A stretch of DNA of 45,079 nt, from contig JAGGYF010000022.1 of the NCBI GenBank assembly GCA_021162685.1, positions 1-45,079 of the forward strand, in the 5' to 3' direction. Positions 40,001-45,079 of this stretch are shown one piece after another. The notes under the pieces were generated by a model. It was not told the DNA's origin, searched no databases, and worked only from the letters and a program-made list of their open reading frames with translations. This stretch comes from Candidatus Iainarchaeum sp. GTDB lineage: Archaea > B1Sed10-29 > WALL01. Both the position numbers and the translations under genes were made by a program. Position 1 is the stretch's first letter, and every line of letters starts with the position of its first letter.

Positions 40001-41143
40001 CTATGAGACAATCTGCTTTGTTGCTCCTCTAACCTCTGATACCAAAAATGTTGAACCAGTTACAAGTATCAGGTCGTTTTTTCCTGCAATCGTTTTTGCG
40101 TAGTTTATTGCTTCTTTTGCATCTCTGATTATTTTCCCTTTTATCGGTATCTTGTCTGGGGACAGAGAGCCTGGTGCAATGCTATATCTTGTTAGAATAA
40201 TCTCCTTTGCTTTTGGAAGATAGCGAACCATTCCTTCAACATTTTTATCATTTTTAACAGCAAAGACGATAATCAGATTTTTGTATGTAAATGCTGTTAT
40301 CGCCTCGCTCATTGCTTTTATCCCAGCGGGATTATGCGCAACATCATATACTATGTTCCCTTTTTTCTCCATCCTTCCAGGCCACTGCGTCTCATATAGT
40401 CCCTTTATGTTTCTAATTCCGATCTGCTTAACTGCCTCAACTGCGCACGCTGCATTCAGCTGCTGGAGTTCTCCTTTTAGCTTCAGTCTATATCTCTTTG
40501 GTTCAACAATGATTAGTTTTGAATGCTTTTCCTTACAAACATTTCTTATTACACTGAGCGCTTCTCTTTTATGCTCTGATGTTATTACTGGTACGCCTTC
40601 TTTTATTATGCCTGCTTTCTCATATGCGATCTTTTTTATTGTGTTGCCAAGGATATGCATATGGTCCTTTTCTACATTTGTTATAACAGAAACTACTGGA
40701 TAACAGACGTTTGTAGCGTCCAATCTTCCACCTAGCCCTGTTTCGATAACTGCATAGTCTACATTCTCATTGTTAAAATGGAGAAGTGCGATTGCTGTCA
40801 TCACCTCAAAAAACGTACAATGGTGCTTTGTTCCTTTTATTTTATCCACATAGTTGGCAAACTTTCGCTTACTTATCTCTTCTCCATTGATTTGTATTCT
40901 CTGGGTTATTCTGTCAAGATGGGGTGAGGTATACAATCCAACCTTATAATTATTTGCTTTAAGCATAGATGCGATCATCGCACATGTGCTTCCTTTTCCA
41001 TTTGTCCCTGCAACATGTATACACTTCAATGTCCTCTCTGGATTTCCAAGTATGCTGAGAAGTTCTTTTATGTTTTTTAGTCCATGATGTATGCCAATCC
41101 TCGGTAATGAATACAGATATGATTCTGCATCAGAAAAACGCAT
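40001..41143 (-). CDS. folC: Folylpolyglutamate/dihydrofolate synthase
   Basis: HVAGTNGKGS, YTSPHL, ETGLGGRLDATN, EKAGI, WPGR, DVAHN, TGS. Confidence 0.95.
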   Translation of the reverse strand: MRFSDAESYLYSLPRIGIHHGLKNIKELLSILGNPERTLKCIHVAGTNGKGSTCAMIASMLKANNYKVGLYTSPHLDRITQRIQINGEEISKRKFANYVDKIKGTKHHCTFFEVMTAIALLHFNNENVDYAVIETGLGGRLDATNVCYPVVSVITNVEKDHMHILGNTIKKIAYEKAGIIKEGVPVITSEHKREALSVIRNVCKEKHSKLIIVEPKRYRLKLKGELQQLNAACAVEAVKQIGIRNIKGLYETQWPGRMEKKGNIVYDVAHNPAGIKAMSEAITAFTYKNLIIVFAVKNDKNVEGMVRYLPKAKEIILTRYSIAPGSLSPDKIPIKGKIIRDAKEAINYAKTIAGKNDLILVTGSTFLVSEVRGATKQIVS

Positions 41144-41147
41144 AGTA

Positions 41148-42395
41148 TTACCTTATCTCTGGATAAAGTGGATGAAGCTTACATAATTCATGTACCTCTT
41201 CCTTTATATGAGACAATGTTTTATTGTCATCTCTATGGATTATTGTCTTGTTTATCAGGTCAGCAATGTATTCCATATCGTTCTCCTTTAATCCTCTTGT
41301 AGTAAGTGCTGGTGTGCCTAACCTTATCCCAGAGGTTATCCACGGTTTCTGTGGATCGCCTGGTATCATGTTCCTATTGACTGATATATCAACCTTTTCA
41401 AGAATAATCTCTGCTTCTCTCCCTGTTATGTGTTTTGGCCTAAGGTCAACAAGGACAAGATGTGTATCTGTTCCACCGCTCACCAGCCTGAAGCCATGTT
41501 CCATCAATCTTGCTGCAAGTGCTTTTGCATTCTTCACTATTTGCTTGGCATATTCCTTGAATGACGGTTGCATTGCTTCCTTGAAAGCAACTGCCTTTGC
41601 TGCAATCATCTGGTCAAATGGCCCACCTTGTGAACCTGGAAAAACTGCCTTATCTATCCTCTGCGCATATCTCTCTTTGGATAATATAATAGCACCTTTT
41701 GGTCCTCTCAATGTTTTATGTGTAGTAGTTGTAACAACATCACAATGAGGAAAAGGGTTGGGATGTACTCCTCCTGCAATAAGGCCTGCTATATGCGCAA
41801 CATCAGCCATGCATGGAACATCAAGCTCATGTGCAATCTCCCCAAACTCCTCAAACGGAAATTGTCTTGGATATGCACTATAGCCACATAGGATTAGGTC
41901 TGGCTTCTCCCTTTCAGCTACCTTTCTGACATTGTCAGGATCAATCCTCTCTGTTTCTTTGTCCAAGCCATAGAAAACAAATGAGTACAACATACCAGAA
42001 AAATTCACAGGAGAACCATGGGAGAGATGCCCACCTTGTGGCAATTCTATTGATAAAATCTTCTGGCCTGGTTTAAGCAATGCCATATATGCAGCCATGT
42101 TCGCTTGTGTCCCAGCATGTGGCTGAACATTTGCGTGTTCTGCATTAAATAATTTCTTTGCTCTTTCTATTGCTAATGTCTCAATCATATCTATGTATTG
42201 GTTCCCGCCATAATATCTTCTACCAGGATATCCTTCGGAATATTTGTTGTTTAACCAACTGCCCATTGCCTCCATCACTCTAATACTTATAAAATTCTCC
42301 GATGCAATGAGTTCAAGACTATTTCTTTGTCTATCTAGTTCTGATGACATAGCTGAGTATAGCTCAGGGTCAAATGAATGTATGTTGGGTAACAT
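41148..42395 (-). CDS. glyA: Serine hydroxymethyltransferase
   Basis: Start trimmed to [53 protein letters not shown]. Confidence 0.96.
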   Translation of the reverse strand: MLPNIHSFDPELYSAMSSELDRQRNSLELIASENFISIRVMEAMGSWLNNKYSEGYPGRRYYGGNQYIDMIETLAIERAKKLFNAEHANVQPHAGTQANMAAYMALLKPGQKILSIELPQGGHLSHGSPVNFSGMLYSFVFYGLDKETERIDPDNVRKVAEREKPDLILCGYSAYPRQFPFEEFGEIAHELDVPCMADVAHIAGLIAGGVHPNPFPHCDVVTTTTHKTLRGPKGAIILSKERYAQRIDKAVFPGSQGGPFDQMIAAKAVAFKEAMQPSFKEYAKQIVKNAKALAARLMEHGFRLVSGGTDTHLVLVDLRPKHITGREAEIILEKVDISVNRNMIPGDPQKPWITSGIRLGTPALTTRGLKENDMEYIADLINKTIIHRDDNKTLSHIKEEVHELCKLHPLYPEIR

Positions 42396-42559
42396 AAAAC
42401 AACCTATTAGGTATGGACTGCAGAATTTAAGTATGTTTTTGTTTTCCAAAAAATACCGTATATAATAGTAAGTATTAAGTGTTACTTAAACAGCCATAGA
42501 GGGAATAAGAATATAAAGATAAAGAGAGAAATGGTATTATCTTGTTTTAGAGGAATAGC

Positions 42560-43936
42560 ATGTGCGGGATAATTGGATTAAGAAATGGGGCTATCTCAAA
42601 TAGGATATATACTGGGTTATATGCCATGCAGCATAGAGGCCAAGATTCTGCTGGAATTTTAACATATAATAGAGAGTATGATGTTTTTTCACTATACAAA
42701 AGGAAAGGCCTGGTTTTTGAGATATTTGATGAAAATGTCCTGAAAGACATAGATGGGGATGTGGGCATAGGCCAGGTGAGATACCCAACTGTAGGAAGCA
42801 ACTTTGAAGCAGATGCACAACCATTTCTTGTTGACAAGCCATTGAGGTTGGGTATGGCACATAATGGAAACATAGCAAACTATATTGAGATGAGGAATAA
42901 ACTAAATGAAAAGATTACCTCTGAATGCGATGTAGAGATCATACTTCATCTCCTGGCAGAGGAATTGAAGAAGGAGAAGGATGTGTTCAATGCTGTTGAA
43001 AATATTATGAAGGAACTCAATGGTTCTTATTCTGTTGTTGCAATATCCCCCGAATATGGATTTATTGTTTTTAGGGACCCGCATGCAATTAGACCATTGG
43101 TATTAAGTGAGAATGGAGCAGCATCAGAAACTGTTGCTTTAGATATGATCAATGAGAGAGTCATAAGGGATGTAAAGCCTGGAGAATGTGTTGTGGTGAA
43201 TGATGGGGGCATGGAATCAAAGCAACTTGTAAAGAAGGAACCAAAACATTGCATGTTTGAATGGGTATACTTCTCAAGACCTGATTCTACAATTGAGAAC
43301 AGGAGTGTCTATGAGGTCAGAGTTGCTCTTGGAAGAGAACTTGCAAAGATATGGGATAAAGATGCGGATGTTGTTATCCCTGTCCCAGATACATCAAGAG
43401 CAGCAGCAATAGGGTTCTCAGAGGAAACAGGCATCCCATATAGAGAAGGATTCATAAAAAACAGATATGTTGGAAGGACGTTTATTATGCCAAAACAAAC
43501 AAAACGCATAGATGCTGTTAGAATAAAACTTAATCCGATTATACGAGAAGTAAAGAACAAAAGGATAGCCCTTATAGACGATAGCATTGTTAGAGGAACT
43601 ACATGCGGAAATCTTATAAAACTCCTAAAAAATGCTGGAGCAAAGGAAGTTCACTTCTTGGTATCCTGTCCTCCTATACGGTTCCCATGCTTCTATGGCA
43701 TAGATATGACAAGGAAGAAGGAGCTTATTGCCCAAAAATTTAAACCAGATGAACTTGAGGAAAAACTTGCTAAAATGATTGGCGCAGATTCTGTAACATA
43801 CCAAACTATTGAGGGATTGAAAAGAGCTATTGGGGTAAAGGGCTTGTGTGCTGCATGCTTAGATGGTAATTATCCAACAGATGTATCATCTCTTCTGAAA
43901 AGGAAAGGGGAGAAAAGACCATATGAGGTGATGTGA
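42560..43936 (+). CDS. purF: Amidophosphoribosyltransferase
   Basis: N-terminal MCGI, QHRGQDS, HNGN, CMFEWVYFSRPDS, DDSIVRGTT, Fe-S Cys motifs. Confidence 0.97.
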   Translation: MCGIIGLRNGAISNRIYTGLYAMQHRGQDSAGILTYNREYDVFSLYKRKGLVFEIFDENVLKDIDGDVGIGQVRYPTVGSNFEADAQPFLVDKPLRLGMAHNGNIANYIEMRNKLNEKITSECDVEIILHLLAEELKKEKDVFNAVENIMKELNGSYSVVAISPEYGFIVFRDPHAIRPLVLSENGAASETVALDMINERVIRDVKPGECVVVNDGGMESKQLVKKEPKHCMFEWVYFSRPDSTIENRSVYEVRVALGRELAKIWDKDADVVIPVPDTSRAAAIGFSEETGIPYREGFIKNRYVGRTFIMPKQTKRIDAVRIKLNPIIREVKNKRIALIDDSIVRGTTCGNLIKLLKNAGAKEVHFLVSCPPIRFPCFYGIDMTRKKELIAQKFKPDELEEKLAKMIGADSVTYQTIEGLKRAIGVKGLCAACLDGNYPTDVSSLLKRKGEKRPYEVM

Positions 43937-45079
43937 TGAAATTCCTTTTAATAGGAAATGGAGCAAGAGAACACGCAATTGCAGAAGCAATAAAAAGAAG
44001 TCCAAGAAAACCAGAACTTGTTTCATATATGAAATCAAAAAATCCTGGTATTGTTTCGCTTTCAGATGCATTTGTGATTGGAAAATATGATGATTTTGAT
44101 GCAATTGAGAAGTTTGTTCGCAAAACAGATCCAAACATCGCAGTTATTGGGCCAGAAGGTCCACTTGAGAAGGGAGTTGTTGATTTTCTTGAAGAACTTG
44201 GTGTTGGATGTGTGGGGCCAAAAAAAGAGTTGGCACAACTTGAAACATCAAAGTCATTTACTAGAGAATTACTTGAAAAATATAAGATTCCTGGAAATCC
44301 TAGGTTTAAAGTGTTCTTCTCTGATAAAGGGATTGAGGAGTTTATAGGAGCAATTGGTGGGGATTTTGTAGTCAAAGCAGATGGCCTGATGGGTGGCAAA
44401 GGAGTGAAGGTGTTTGGCGAACATCTGAAGAGTGTACAAGAGGGTATTGAATATGCTATTGAGTGTATAGAAAGACACGGAAAGGTTGTGATTGAAGAAA
44501 AACTTATTGGGGAAGAATTCTCTCTTATGAGTTTTGTTGATGGAAAGGATATCAAACACATGATTCCTGTCCAAGACCACAAAAGAGCGTATGAGAACGA
44601 TAAAGGCCCTAATTGTTACTCTGAAGATACAGAGATACTTACGCGAAGGGGCTGGAAAACTTTTAATAAATTAAAAAAGGATGATGAGGTTGCAGTTTTT
44701 AGTCCAAATTCAAAGGTTTTCTGGTTTGAAAAGCCGCAGAAGATATATTGGATGAGATACAAGGGCAAGATGATAAATTTCAAAAATAGAAATATAGACC
44801 TACTCGTGACTCCTAATCACAGGATGCTCTTACAGCAAAGAAAAGGAAAAGGCAAACAGTTTGTGGTTGAAGCAAAGAACTTCAAAGGAGAACATTACAT
44901 TTACCAATCTGCCAAGTGGGAAGGAAAAGACAAAGACTTTTTTATCTTACCTGAATATGATTATAAATTTAACAGAAAGTTAAGAAAAAGGAAAATTAAC
45001 TTTTTAGATTGGGTAAAATTTATGGCGATCTACCTTTCGGAGGGATACACAACAAAAGAAAATAGAGTATATATATGCC
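43936..45079 (+). CDS. purD: Phosphoribosylamine--glycine ligase, intein-containing, truncated by window end
   Basis: Not in the ORF track (no stop in window). Manual translation: MKFLLIGNGAREHAIA, NPG, IGPEGPL, LETSK, VKADGLMGGKGV, EEKLIGEEFS, QDHKR..GPN. Confidence 0.93.
   Translation, partial: MKFLLIGNGAREHAIAEAIKRSPRKPELVSYMKSKNPGIVSLSDAFVIGKYDDFDAIEKFVRKTDPNIAVIGPEGPLEKGVVDFLEELGVGCVGPKKELAQLETSKSFTRELLEKYKIPGNPRFKVFFSDKGIEEFIGAIGGDFVVKADGLMGGKGVKVFGEHLKSVQEGIEYAIECIERHGKVVIEEKLIGEEFSLMSFVDGKDIKHMIPVQDHKRAYENDKGPNCYSEDTEILTRRGWKTFNKLKKDDEVAVFSPNSKVFWFEKPQKIYWMRYKGKMINFKNRNIDLLVTPNHRMLLQQRKGKGKQFVVEAKNFKGEHYIYQSAKWEGKDKDFFILPEYDYKFNRKLRKRKINFLDWVKFMAIYLSEGYTTKENRVYIC
44614..45079 (+). 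mobile_element. Intein in PurD (N-terminal part), with start of a LAGLIDADG endonuclease
   Basis: After GPN the frame reads CYSEDTEILTRRGWK (block A), LLVTPNHRM (block B), FMAIYLSEGY (block C). Confidence 0.88.

Overview
A compact, AT-rich archaeal chromosomal segment. Evidence for this is class I LysRS, RadA, RPA, GGGP synthase, a BHB-intron tRNA, TATA-box promoters and many ATGA gene overlaps. A DPANN-like lineage is plausible but is only an inference. Left part (1-26 kb): six single-domain KaiC/RAD55-like ATPases, most with degenerate catalytic motifs, are interleaved with prenyltransferases, a tandem V4R-like protein, an AbrB-like regulator and a FIST sensor. Five of them lie around a 12-gene type IV pilus locus, which has six class III signal-peptide proteins including a 729-aa repeat adhesin, a long coiled-coil protein with a MinD-like membrane helix and Lys-rich tail, an ATPase and two platform proteins. 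tRNA-Lys(UUU), with a non-canonical 30/31 intron, sits 15 nt upstream of lysS. Middle: a SLC13 transporter/class III aminotransferase/ALDH module. Right part: rpa-radA(intein)-DUF763, dut, GGGPS-MgtC-rtcA-purA, and a folate-dependent purine cluster (purN, folC, glyA, purF, purD). purD was missed by the ORF track and carries an intein at its conserved GPN/TGG site. All calls come from motif reading by eye; no database searches were run.
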